DNA of 64,000 nt from Octopus vulgaris. Its lineage: Eukaryota. Location of the stretch: contig OX597814.1 of assembly GCA_951406725.2 (NCBI GenBank), positions 46,252,001 through 46,316,000 on the forward strand, written 5' to 3'. The position numbers and the translations under genes are program-made. Positions 46,770 through 59,499 of the stretch are shown one piece after another. Below the pieces are notes generated by a model. It had not been told where the DNA came from. It made no database searches and saw only the letters and a list, made by a program, of their open reading frames with translations. Each line of letters begins with the position of its first letter. Within the stretch, counting starts at the first letter, position 1.

Positions 46770-47487
46770 TCTGTATTATTTTTCTGGACTTTGGCTCTGT
46801 AAACAATGCCTTTAGTCAAACAATTCTCTCGTAAAGGACAGCAACTTTGGTTTTTGAAATTACATTTTGGGATGTTTTCTTCGGTAGTACTGTTTGTTTG
46901 TTTTAAATTTTTGTATTGTGTTGGTTTACATGAGGGGCGACATTGTTGCAACAAGAATAGCTGACCTTAAATGTTCTCCTTTGAAGATTCTATGGTATTT
47001 ATGGCTGGTTAGGGAGTGCTTTCATACTAAGTTCAAAAATGTCTTACCTGTGTTAGTCTTAGCAGTGGTGCTGAAGGTTGGGTTGAACCACAAAATCCTT
47101 CTAGATCTAGTCCTATGTGCTCTATTTCGGCTCTCTTCACTATGGATGTATTGGATCTCCTCTGAGAATCCACATCTATGTAGAGCATCATTTTAGTATG
47201 GATTGGCATTTCAGAACGCTACTTCATCCAAAAGTAACAATGAAATCCGCTTCCCTATATTACTAACTATATTCTTAAGTATGATGGGTGGGTGATTAAA
47301 CCCTTTGTCAATATAGTATAGCTTTTCATTGGGCTTACAAAAGAGCTTAAATCTATTGGATTCTAAATCTAAATTAATATCTAGGAAGTTAACATTTTTA
47401 AGGTTAGTATTTGCAGAAATTTATTATTCTCATGCAAGAATGCTGTTGATAGTGATTTCAAAGTTTTGGCTAGCTAAGCCATCATCT
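46770..47487 (-). mobile_element. 5'-truncated Penelope-like element (RT C-half to the linker before GIY-YIG)
   Basis: Minus strand DDGLA, VNFLDINLDL, KPNEKLYYIDKGFNHPPIILKNI, RILWFNPTFS, CPLRENCLTKGIVYRAKV; ends in a (TA)n run. Confidence 0.88.
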
Positions 47488-47554
47488 GACAATGGTTTAG
47501 CTGGCTGAAACTTCGAAATCACTGTCAACAACATTCTTGTATAAGAATAATAAA
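47420..47554. repeat. Diverged hairpin, ~63-bp arms, at the PLE 5' truncation point
   Basis: tttattattctcatgcaagaatg...gctaagccat / atggtttagc...cattcttgtataagaataataaa. Confidence 0.85.
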
Positions 47555-47631
47555 CTTGTACTCTACAAAAGTGTAGAGTAACTCATCAGAATTCATGTAA
47601 AATTGTTATTATAACTAAACATAATAACAGT

Positions 47632-47662
<31 letters not shown>

Positions 47663-47794
47663 AGATGTACTTGCATAGCAAGTGACTTGATCTGAGATTG
47701 TGCTGGAACGAAAACAATTGCAGCATGGAAGGTGTTTATAAGACATTTAGGAAACACACAAAACCGTTAGATTCACTTCAACTTTTAAATTTAA

Positions 47795-47845
47795 TTTGTC
47801 AAAATATTTTCGTCACTTTGAGACCATGACCTGTTCACTGTCAAA
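47795..47845 (-). ncRNA. Candidate variant hammerhead with G3-C8 covariation, in a ~210-bp element between (TA)n arrays
   Basis: UUUGACA-GUGAACA-G-GUCAU ggucucaaa GUGAC-GAAAA-UA-UUU^UGACAAA; stem I 6/7, stem II 5 bp, palindromic stem III AAUAUU. Confidence 0.55.
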
Positions 47846-47864
47846 GCTTCGTGCTGCATCTCTG

Positions 47865-47906
<42 letters not shown>

Positions 47907-48334
47907 CATGAATCTCTCACATTATGGTTACCTCAGGTTACAGGATTTCATGCATATGACCACTAATTTCAGGATATCATCTGTTTAGTCCTCCTTATGG
48001 AAACTTGGTTAAATTGTGAGAATTTTAAAAAAATGCACTTTCTTCTTAGTCAAAAGGCTGCTTCTTGGTGTTTTAGCTAAGAGCAAATTAGTTTTCTGCA
48101 CACATGCTTGTGTATGTGTATGCACATATACATGTGCACTGTGTACATATATGTATGTGCATGTGTGCATACATGCATGTGCATATGTGTAAATGTGTAT
48201 GCAAGTGTTGCATATGTGTCATAAATATTTATGGAACATGAGGTAGATTTTTTCACTGAATATTTTTGCATAATTTTGTGAGTCACAGTATGTCAGTTTT
48301 TTTGTCTGTCTGTTTGTCTCTGTCTGAATGAATG

Positions 48335-48439
48335 ACTCTATCTATTTATCTATCTATCCATCCATCAATCCATCCATCTATCTATCCATCTATCTATCCA
48401 TCTATCTATCCATCTATCTCTCTATCCATCCATCCATCC

Positions 48440-48475
<36 letters not shown>

Positions 48476-48490
48476 ATCTATCTATCCATA
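48335..48490. repeat. (TCTA)/(TCCA)/(TTTC) tetranucleotide microsatellite
   Basis: Direct inspection. Confidence 0.95.
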
Positions 48491-49209
48491 TCAATCTTCA
48501 CCAGTATTTATCAACACCAATACATCCAGCACCTAAACTAATATAACTACTACCATTACCACTACTATCCTCTGAAAGCCAACAACAATAGTATGAAGAA
48601 GATGAGGAATTCCTAAAATAAAGTACAACATGAGGAAATGTGATATTATAGTGAATTTTAAGATTTGAATGAAATTTCTTTTATCTTAGGTCAATAAGGA
48701 TTGATTTGAGACTAAACGGAAACAATACAATCAATAAATACAACATGATGATTGCCACTGCCAAAAGTACCCCCAACTTCATCATCACCACCACCAAAAC
48801 CAATACAACTGACACCACCATCACAGCCAAACCACCATCTTTTGGGAAAAAATTTACTGGCAGCAACAAGGATAATATCAGTATGATAACATTGTATATG
48901 TGTGTGCACACTTGTGTGTGTGTGTGTGTGTGTGCATGAGAGAGAGAGAGAGAGTGGGGCATGGAGTTTTTATGGTTCAAGTTAGAGTGCAAAAAGTAAG
49001 GTTTCCATGAAGCTGATAACACTTCAAGTAATTGTAATAATACAGTACTTACTCCTTCACCCTTACATCTTCAAATTTCCATTCTTACATCCATAGGATT
49101 AAGACATTTTTTACTCTTAGTGAACTGTTCTTTCCTGGTGCTATTATTTTACAATATAGTTGTTATGGATGCTTGTTGATTGCCTCTGTTGTTAGATTTC
49201 CCTATAATT

Positions 49210-50700
49210 CAAAATGTCTGAAAAAAATCCATCAAGTGGAACTGAAAGCTGTAGTGGGGATTACACTGGATATTAAACTTGATGTTTTAAAGCAGTTTGA
49301 TGTAGGAGGAAATAAATCAATTACATTGCCAAAATATTAAAGCATGCCATGTCAACAATGGACAGAATATGTGATAGCAGAGAGAAAGTTAAGTCAACTA
49401 CTCAAAGCTACTCTGTTAACTACTCAGATTATTTTTTCATAGATCTAATGTGATGCTTAAAATAGCATGACTTTTGCATGTGTGGGCCTTGGATTATATT
49501 TGATGTAATGTACTGATAAGAAACAAGAAAACAAGTTTGTAAGATGGTTTGTTGAAAAAAATGGAGATGTAACTTCTAATGGAAAACCTTTTCTAGTAAA
49601 GGCTGATTTGAAAGGTTTGAGAAGGGCTCGGATTTGCACAACATAAAAATGACTGGTGAAGCTGCCAGTGCTGATACAAAGGCAGCTACTAATTATCCTG
49701 AGCAGAAGAGGAAATGATTGTGAAAAGGAGCTACGTATCAAAGGAAGTATACAATGCTGATAAAACTGCACTTGTCTGGAAGCTCATGCTAGCTGAAACT
49801 TTATTTCTTGGGGGAGGAAATATATCACTTGGGATATGAAATAATAACCATGATCCATGAATCACTCTCAAAATACAAGGGCTTTCAAGACTTACACAAA
49901 GTTTAATTTACATCTGATTTGGCATTCAAATAAGACAGCATAAGTGACTCAAGGAGTTTTACAAATAATTTTGCACTGCTACAGTCAGACGTAATATTTC
50001 AAATAAAGCATTGCTTCTTTTAGACAAAGTATCAAGCACCCAGTAAACTAAAATGAGCTTTTTGATAATGTGAGAATGGACTATATCCCCAAGAATACAA
50101 CTTTGCTCCAGCCAGTGGATCAAGTTGTGATATTGTAACTAAAACATATCATCTAAGAACTTTCAAACATCTTAAGAAAATAAATGATAGGGAGGATAAA
50201 CCTGTAGAGACTTCTGGAAGAAGTAACATAATAAATACTGTAACATAGGTGTGGGAACCCTCAATTTGAATTGTACTTGGTAAGATATACCATTTAACTG
50301 TATATGGGACTTCACAAGTTTTCTACAAGCAGAAAGTCTGCATTAAATTTGGAAAGAAATTGCAAAACTTGCAAATGATGTAAGGTTTGAAGAAGTCATA
50401 CAGGATGATGTGGTTGTGTTACTAGTCCCATAGAAAAGGTTTTTATCTAATGTGAGGCTTATGCTGTTAGAACAAGAGTAAGCTAAGAGTACAGATGCAA
50501 ATACTCCATTTAAATAAACTGCAAAGAATTTTCCTAAAGCACTGATGCCTGCAAATTTTTACTAATAATGATTTTAAGTGTGAACTTAACATAAAAATTA
50601 CAAGAGGAGTTTACAGTCAGCTCACTTTCTTCAATGAGTTGTACAAAGTGATGATGTATCATAATAATCACATGAATAGATACTGACGATGATAAATTAT
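49210..50700 (+). mobile_element. Decayed pogo/Tigger1-like transposase
   Basis: ITLDIKLDVLKQFD (psq HTH), MTGEAASAD, YNADKTALVWKLM, LLLLDK, YIPKNTTLLQPVDQVVI in shifting frames. Confidence 0.8.
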
Positions 50701-53120
50701 ATAAGATAGAAGATAATATCCTCTGATATCATAGTAACTCCTGTTCCACCATTACCTCTCTGACAATAGTCAACATCAGTTGTGGTAAGAACAGATCCTA
50801 TTAATATATTCCAGTTTTTAGCTATTCCTTAATATATTTCTCTTCTAGCATTTTTATGATACTGTTTAGATTTAGAAATTATTTTCATGCATAAAAGTGG
50901 TTATGTTGCTTATTTTTCATCATTGTTGTTAGATTGATAGAGTTATATAACCTTGTTAATTCACCTCTTCAATATCCTTGCTGAGCACTGAAGAAGTGAA
51001 TTAACAAGATTATATAATGTTTCATCAACATTTATGTGACCTTGACAATAATTTGATGAAATATGTGTATGTTATAATGCTTTAAAAAGCATAGAATACC
51101 ATATCTGTTTTCTAAATTTTAGTAATATTATTATGTGACTTATATTTCATGCTCTAGCCTGTCACACAGTTTGATGCCCCATATCATACTGCCCTAGATA
51201 TAGGAGTGGAGTGAGTGACCCTCTACTGATCCCAAACTTTGCTATATGTTGGGCTTTACTGAGCATATATCCTATATATATGTATCTATAACATGTGTGG
51301 GTGTGCAGATGCATATACACTCTCACACATATTTATATACATATATATATAATCATCATCATTTAACATCTGGCTTTTGTAATGGCATGGATTTGAGGGT
51401 TTCTGTGGCTTTATGCCCTTCCTAACACAAACCATTTTTGCAGACTGTAGCAAGGACTTTTATGTGGTGCCAACATTAGTTATGGTAACTTCATTCTTTG
51501 CAAGGCTAAGCCCCCAAATTGGCCCCTGTATCAGAGGGAGAGGAGGCAGAGGATGAGGAATTTATAAGAAGGAAGGTTGGGGAATATGGCAGGGAACAGA
51601 ATAGAGCTAAGGAATTAGTGACAGAGATGAGAGAATGGAAGGGACAAAGTTGAAAAGTCAATAGGGGGTTTGTGTGGCAGAATCTGAGGGCTGTCAAACA
51701 TAAGGGACATGTATGGGCAGGTGTGAGAGACTTGGGGCAGCAAGGGAGCAATAACCTTGAATGAAAAGAAATCCTGAATTAATCTATGAAGAAAAGAGAG
51801 GTGTGGAGTGAGTCATATTGGTAGGCCAGTAAGGTACAGATGAGAAGGGGTCTTTGAAGTGTTGAGGAAATGGAGAACCTGTAGGGGAGAGGGCTGTGAG
51901 AGAAAAAGAGGGCGAGAGGTGAAAAATAGATGCTGAAGGGTTTCATAAAATTAAAAAAGAAGAGCAGAGTGTGAATACCACAAAAGCATCTTAAATTGGA
52001 AGCAGTGAAAAGGAAGGAGAAAGAGAGAGAGAGAGTGATGTGGGGCTAGTGTGGGTGGGTTCAGTAAAGAAAAGAAAAGACAGAACATTCTTAAGGTGTA
52101 CACTAATTTTATATATTATGCAACAGAATACACATTGATATCAATATGTATTCTATTAGTAATTATCATTGATCTGCAATACTGGAGAGTGTGTGTGTGT
52201 GTGCGCACGCATGTGTGTGTGTGTGTGCACGTATCTATGTGTATGTATATGCATACATGTGTGTGGTGTGTGTGTGTGTGTGTTCAAAGCTGGTGTTCCA
52301 CTCTGATGCTAATCAGAGGTTTTTTTTTTCTCTGACTCTTTCAAATAACCTGAATAGCCATTAATTTGTTGTTTGAAATATCAAACATAGACTCTGGGTG
52401 ATAACAGTGAATTCGCAGTTCTGAATGGATAAACAAACTTTGCTACATGTATTGAGAACTTTTTCTTCTATTTTATATTCATTATATATCCATTCTATTG
52501 AGTAGTTATTTAACAACATGCATTCTTTTTCATATTAACCAAGATGATTTTGTGATGAAAGACCTTAGGAGTTTTAAAGCACTCAAATAGAAAAATATAT
52601 TCTAATAAATACTATCTTATAGTTTTTGTGAATATTGTTATTCTCAAAATAATATATTAGATAGAAATTCATACAAAAACATATAATATAATTTGTTTTT
52701 ATTTTCATTAATTCAAAATCTAGAGATAATCAAATTACAAATTAATTACACCAAAATTGAAGCTCTTGTTTATTATTGGTATATAACTTTTAATTCTCTT
52801 TCAGTTATCTTATTACTTAATTAAAAATAATTTTATATACTAATATTTACCTTGAAGAATTACTTCAGTTTAGAATCAAATTATTGTTTTGTGAGTCAGA
52901 AACAATGGATATTACTTAATAAGAATGATTGCATTTTACACATGAAAGAAGTCATTTTGTAATAAAAAGGGACAAATGAAAATGTCCTTAACTATAATTT
53001 TAAATTCGTTTTTCATATTGTACAATAGAAATATAAAAAAAAAAACGAATAGACCAATGCCATATTTTGATGATTTTAATATTTTCACTTCAACATGATA
53101 TTGAACTTATTTATATGCAG

Positions 53121-53138
53121 ACGTGCTTGGGGTTCCAG
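53121..53138 (+). CDS. CADPS: Candidate 18-nt alternative microexon of CADPS ((G)RAWGS(S/R))
   Basis: tatgcag|ACGTGCTTGGGGTTCCAG|gtatgt. About 68-nt U-rich AG-free zone upstream; 11/18 GC in very AT-rich context; open in phase 2, matching the end of the 37437-37578 exon. Confidence 0.65.
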
Positions 53139-54758
53139 GTATGTTGTTGTTATTAGTCTCTTTCTATCACTTAAATACAGCACAAAACTTTCCTTTGCCT
53201 TCACTCACAACTTGACTAGAAAATTTATATTCCAACTGCTTTAGTTCATATAGTTTCCTGATCTAGGAATCACTTTGAATAAATGGGTGTAACTAAATTA
53301 GACGTGAACACACATGCACATACATACACACATACAGTAGCTCTAATTTTCACTAAGTTTGAGTGTGGTTGTATCTGTATATATATAAAGTCTGTGTCTG
53401 CTAAAGTGAAATATAAAAGATATTTTCTTTAAAATAGTATAGGACTTACAACTTGTAAGATATATTTTAGTATAAAATTTGTACTAAAAAATTCTGAAAA
53501 TGTAGCAAAGAAAAAAAGGTTTAAACTTAGATGTATTTGCTGAATATGTACATCTCAGTTTGTAAATTAAGATAGTCAACAGAAGAAAATTGATATTAAA
53601 TTTATACTTAATCAAATTCTAATGAAATCTTTCATTTTCTTTAACCATATAAATTAAAATTTAGAAACATATATACTTTTTATTCTTCATAGTAGATTTT
53701 ATATTAAATATAATGGATTTTTTTTAAAAATAATATATTTGACATTTCTTATACATGATTTTTATGAAATCCATCTTTCATCAGTATTACTTTCTAGAAG
53801 ACATTGACCAGCAATTAAGGGACATTATTTTTCAATTTTATGAAGCTTATTCAGTGTAAAGGAAATCAAATAAACTATCAACATATAGTCTTTTCATATA
53901 TTTTTTTAATTTTTAGAAAAGAGGGTCAATGATTTGAAACACAAAATATCTGCCCTATGATTTAGTTATCAGTTATAAGAGAATTTTTATGTATATTTGG
54001 ATACACATCTCTTAGCCCCTGCAGTACTAACTATACCCAAAAAACACTTTTCATAATTATTCTTGCAGGTAGATACACATCTTGCACAGTGCACTTTGAA
54101 TTAAACTAACATCTTATTGCATGATATACTTAACAATGACTGTTAAACTTCACAATTTTTTCCTATACTTCTTCCTTTGAAAACAGTTACTTTTTCACCA
54201 ATTTCATTTTTCAAATTTAAAACATTTAAATGTGATGATCTATATATAAATTTCATATTTTTTTAAGCATTTATATATCTTAGGAAACTTTCATTAGAAG
54301 TGGAGATAATCAGCTATTTGTTTCCTCAATAACTAGTCAAAATTAATATAGTAACTGCAGCAAATTTATTATTCATTCTAAAGTTACTACATGTTATTCT
54401 TAAAATTAAATCTCATGTTTCATCAAATTCAATTTAAGACATTTCATAATGATTTCAGAACATTTTGATTCTATCTGTAGTTCTTTGACTTAGTGTACTT
54501 AAGAAATATTTGTGCTTGACATGTGGCCAAGTTGTATCATCATCACTTAATGTCCACTTTCTCATGCTTGCATGGGTCAGACAGAGTGTATTGTGGCAGA
54601 TATTTTACAGCAAGATCCCATCCCTGTTGCCAACCCATAACTATTTCCAAGCAAGATAATATTCTCCAGGGTCATGCGACATACACACACACACACACAC
54701 ACACCATTCACATATATATTTTAATGTATGTGGGTAGGTATATAAATGTATGTATGTA

Positions 54759-55618
54759 CAGGGCCTAAATTTGACAGTTTGCATAAAAAGAAAAGAAAAC
54801 AATATCTCAACCAAAAAAATATATATTTTTAAAAAAATCAAAAATTGTCAACCTGATTATGGCTGGGAAATAACAGTTTACACAAGGTAGCCACCTTCAG
54901 CTTCCACCACGGCTTCAAGACAGCTATGGAACCAGGTGCATGCTTTCCTCATTGTGTACATTGGAAGATCTTTGAACACCTCCTTGATCTTAGCCACCAG
55001 CTCAGCTTTAGTGTTACAGGCAGAGCAATTGATGTCTTTCTCAACTGCACCCCACACAGTAATCCATAGGATTACAATCAGGAGGATTTGAAGGCCACAA
55101 ATTGGGGCTTGTGAAGTCATAGAAATTCCCTGACAACCACTTCTGGTTCTTTCCAGAGGTATAGCAAGGAGCCAAGTCCTGCTGCTGCACATATGACCTT
55201 CCAGCAGCAACCACCATCTCCAGTCTCCAGCAGCTTCACATAACCATCTGAATTGAGCATAAGGCTCTGTTCAAAGATGTGAGGATGAATTCTGGTATGC
55301 AGTTGCAGTCAGAATGCTTACTGTATCTCTTCCCTCTTGCCACAGCTTCATAGTCCTCATTGCAGCTCTCCATGTAATGTCTTACAGCCTTGACAGTGTT
55401 TACAGTATTGTGCAACAGTTGTGATGTCAGCATTTTGATATCTAGTATGACTGAACAAGTAACTCTCTTCCAATATTCAGATGGCTTCCACTTTTCTATA
55501 TCAGCTTACCTTTCCTTAACTACAACTTTTAATCTTTATGCTGTTGACTGTGCACTAAAACATGAAGCTGTTCCTGAAAAAAAAGGTGACAGTCAAATTT
55601 AGCCAAAGCACCATTATG
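54759..55618 (-). mobile_element. Internally deleted DD37D (maT) transposon
   Basis: Minus strand YVQQQDLAPCYTSGKNQKWL...WPSNPPDCNPMDY with 37 residues between the aspartates; C-terminus LEAVVEAEGGY; imperfect TIRs sharing CTAAATTTGAC. Confidence 0.85.
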
Positions 55619-56236
55619 TATGCATATATTGCTTTGCACATACCAGCAAGTTTATTATATGTGGTTTACATATAAGAACTGAAGTTTTTAGTAGACTATA
55701 AATAATAGCTTTGGTATATGCAGCTGATGAAGCATAGTTTTGCAGACACATGTACCTTACAGTTTGATGGTGTTATTCATAATTCAGCTCACCATATTTT
55801 CACACTCATTGCTTTGGGGAGTTTTTTATAAGACAGTTGCTGCAGTGAATGTCTTTTCACATTTTCACATACACAAATTTGTTAGATATATTTTTACACA
55901 GCTTTATTTTTAATCACTGATACTTAGTGTGCCCTCAGTTAATATATGAGTGGGTGAATGGATGGCTGTATTATGCAAATATCCATCCTTGCATATGTGT
56001 GTCTACATGCATGCAAGCATTTATGTATGTATGCATGCATATATATGTATGTATGTATGTACGTATATATATATATATATATATAAATAGATGAGTGTAT
56101 TTTTACCTTGTTAACAATTAACACAGAAAAAATAAATAAATAGTTACCAGGGTAGCAAAAATCTCACAAGTAAAGATGTTGTAACTCCTTGTTTATAAAG
56201 GTAGAAACTTCGTGTTTACGTGGAATATTTTGAATA

Positions 56237-56328
56237 ATATATGAATAAATAAATGGAGTTTAACGCAGGTGTAATCTAAAAATATTTGATTTACACCTGC
56301 GTTAAACTCCATTTATTTATTCATATAT
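56237..56328. repeat. Hairpin, ~40-bp arms, terminating a PLE-terminal-repeat fragment (56085-56280)
   Basis: atgaataaataaatggagtttaacgcaggtgtaa / ttacacctgcgttaaactccatttatttattcat; upstream sequence is homologous to 8905-9090. Confidence 0.88.
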
Positions 56329-56335
56329 ATATATA

Positions 56336-57587
56336 TCAGGTTGAGTAAAAAGTAAACAACGTTTTGAACCATGAAGAATTTGTACCAGATTTTTGTAGTT
56401 TTTAATTTTTTTTAAGCATTTTTTCTTTTGCAGTTGTCTTATAATACAGACATAGATTTGCCCAAATACATCAATAGATTAACATTGATATTTTTTTCTC
56501 TGTTGTTACAATCATTTGAAATGGAACTGTCAAAGTGTGATGTTTGAGCAATTTTGCTGTTCAACTTTATAAAAGCAGCTGAAACTGCTCGCAATATCAA
56601 CAAAATGTTTGGTGAGGAAATGGCCAGTGAGAGGTCAGTTTGAAAATGGTTTAAAGGATTTTGTAGTGGAGATTTGAGCCTTGAAGATTGTCAGTGTAGT
56701 GGTCAATTAAAGACTGTCATTGAGAAAGATCCATGTAAAACCACTCGAGAACTGGTAAAAGAACTTCAAGTTAGCCAGAAAACTGCCTGCAGCTACTTGC
56801 ATTGCATGCGATCGGAAAAATCAAAAAAGCTCGACAAATGTGTACCACACGATTTGAATGAAAATCAGAAAATGTGCAGATATGAAATTTGCTCATTGCT
56901 TCTTTTCTATAACCAGACTGTTCCATTTCTTGACTGTATTATAACTTATGATGAAAAGTGGATTCTGTACAATAATGAAAAATGTTCTTCACAGTGGTTG
57001 GGCCAAAATAAAGCACCACTTCCCTAAACCTGAGCTCTTCAAAAAGAAGGTTATGGTGACTGTTTGGTGATGTACTGCTGGACTCATCCACTATAACTTC
57101 TTAAAACCCAGAAAAACCATTACTGCAGAAACATATTGCCATGAAATTGCCAAAATGAATGAAAAACTGCTACTCCTCCTTCCCAGACTGATCAACAGAA
57201 GAGGTTCAATCATTCTTCATGACAATGCTCAACCACACGTTTCACTAATGACACTCCAGAAGTTGAGGGAACTTGGCTACAAAGTTCTTCCCCACCCAGC
57301 TTATTCCTCAGACCTTTCTGCTAAAGTCTACCTCTTTATCAAGCACCTTCATGGTTTCCTGGAAGAGAAGGAGATCAAAAATCAAACCAATGCTGAAAAT
57401 GCTTTCAAAGAGTTCATCAACTCCAGAACTTCAGGTCTATATGTCAATGGAATAAACAAACTTGTAACTTGTTGGCAAAAGTGTGTTGATTATAATGGTA
57501 CTTATTTTGATGAATAAAATTTCCACATTGTTGAAATATATTATGATGAATTCCATGTTTCAAAACGTTGCTTACTTTTTACTCAGC

Positions 57588-57591
<4 letters not shown>
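56336..57591 (+). mobile_element. Full-length defective mariner (DD34D) transposon
   Basis: TA-flanked ~33-38-bp TIRs TCAGGTTGAGTAAAAAGTAAACAACGTTTTGAA with 3-4 mismatches; 1256 bp. Pseudo-ORF 56521-57517 has CVPHDL, ITYDEKWILY, LHDNAQPH and HPAYSSDLSAKVY; the third D at spacing 34 is mutated to V. Confidence 0.95.
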
Positions 57592-57652
<61 letters not shown>

Positions 57653-57661
<9 letters not shown>

Positions 57662-58000
57662 GTAAAGAGTGAAAAAACGACAGAAGGCTTAAATGTTAAA
57701 AAATATATATATTTGCGTCAATATGTTTGAAGAATATTAGAAAATTTTTTTAAAAAATTTTTTTTCCTTTATAATGACATAATTTTTAAAGAAAGACTGG
57801 TTTCGCATTTAGCTTTTCAAATTTCTTGTGACGTCACAAGAAATTTGAAAAGCTAAATGCGAAACCGGTCTTTCTTTAAAAATTATGTCATTATAAAGGT
57901 AAAAAAAAATTTTTTTTTTAAATTTTCTAATATTCTTCAGACATATTGACGCAAATATATATATTTCTGTCGTTTTTTCACTCTTTACTATTTTTTATAT
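57653..58000. repeat. Fold-back palindrome, ~170-bp arms, no spacer
   Basis: Centre ttcttgtgac|gtcacaagaa (57832/57833); few SNPs and indels; flanked by (TA)n. Confidence 0.93.
57838..57876 (+). ncRNA. Candidate variant minimal hammerhead with U3-A8 covariation
   Basis: AAGAAA-U-UUGAAAA-GC uaaau GC-GAAAC-CG-GUC^UUUCUU. Mirror copy on the minus strand at 57789-57827 has loop CA. Confidence 0.6.
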
Positions 58001-58035
58001 ATTCACCCACGTGCTTTCACAAACCAACTTTCTTA

Positions 58036-58083
<48 letters not shown>

Positions 58084-58403
58084 TATATATATATACACAT
58101 ATACATATAGATAGATAGATAAAGAGAGAGAGAGAGGTAATTATGTGGATAAACAAATTACATGTATTAAATATAATAGTTTGAGTATGAAATGCAAAGA
58201 TATGTATACATGTAGATATGTACACATGCAAACTGAGAGAAAGCAGAAGGTGGAGACTTTCAGATAATGAATATTTAAGTATAAGTATATAGATATATAT
58301 ATTTAGACTTAAATATCTGAAAGTCTCCATGTTTTGCTTTCTTTCATTTTGCATGTATACATACTTCCATATTTTGTACTTCATACCCAAACTATTATAT
58401 TAA

Positions 58404-58445
58404 GAATATCTGAAGAAGGAATATTATTCTGAAATATCAGATTAT
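58404..58445 (+). ncRNA. Degenerate minimal hammerhead motif, same family as 11004-11045
   Basis: aauau-CUGAAGA-A-GGAAU auu AUUCU-GAAAUAUC; the 3' strand of stem I is apparently deleted. Confidence 0.4.
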
Positions 58446-58755
58446 GGATGGCTAGATTACAACAGGTATATAGCCCATTGTCTGTATTATAGTGCATTGT
58501 TATACCATTCAAAACTTTTTATACTTACAAACAATACACAATGCTTCAAGCAAACTACAATACTCTCCAAACTATTATATTTAATATATCTAATTTATCT
58601 GCATGATTGCCTCTATATCCACTCAACTCATAGCTATTCTTTACGTTGTGTAATTGATCCTATGTAATGACATCAGAGTCTAAGTTTGAATCTTTTGAAC
58701 ACTACTAACTATCTTCTATACTGAATACCTCTGGATCTTATCTGTGAACTATCTA

Positions 58756-58788
<33 letters not shown>

Positions 58789-59499
58789 ATATACATACAC
58801 ACACACACACATATATTGAAACAAAAAGTTCAGGCATGGCTGTATAGTTAAAATGTGCATTCCCCAACCACATGGTTTTTTATTCATTTCTACTCTGTGG
58901 TATCTAGGGTGTCTTCTAGTATTGACCTGGTCTAGTTAATACCTTGTCAATGAATTTGGTAGACAGAAGCTGTGTGGAATTCATTCATGTCCATCTATCT
59001 GTATGTGTGTGTGTGTGTGTTTTCTCTCTTCTTCACTGCTTGAAACTGGTGTTATGTCCACCATTCAGCAAAAGAAGCCATAGAATAAGTACCACACCTA
59101 AAATAAGTACTTGAGTTGAATTTTTGGCTAAACCTTTCGAAGTAAGCCTCAGCTAAGCTACTGTCCAATGACCAAAACAAGTAAAAGATAAAAGATATAT
59201 GTATATATATTTGTATCTCCTTGTCTTGGCATCTGTGGTAATTGTAAATGGATGTAACTGTCACACAGCCTTCTGTGAAAACATGTTTGACTATGGGGGA
59301 AATATTAACCTTGCTTGGAAACAAGAAAGAGTTGTCAATAAGAATGACATCTGGCTGTAGAAAATCTACCTCAATGAGTCGTAGTTGACCCATGCAGGTA
59401 TAGTAAAGTAGCATTGAAATTGTGGTGTTATGAACCAGGCTGTGTTGTAGGGAAGGATCAGAAGCGAAGGAGTAGTCATGTCCTGTTGGAAGTGGGGTT

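Noticed and set aside
50770-50784. 15-nt ag..gtaaga in-frame micro-exon-like segment
   Set aside because: Lies at the tail of the Tigger-like relic and has a poor acceptor context.
55722-55760. CTGATGA-AGCA..TGC followed by agacacatgta
   Set aside because: GAAA half of the core and stem I are missing; too degenerate to call a hammerhead.
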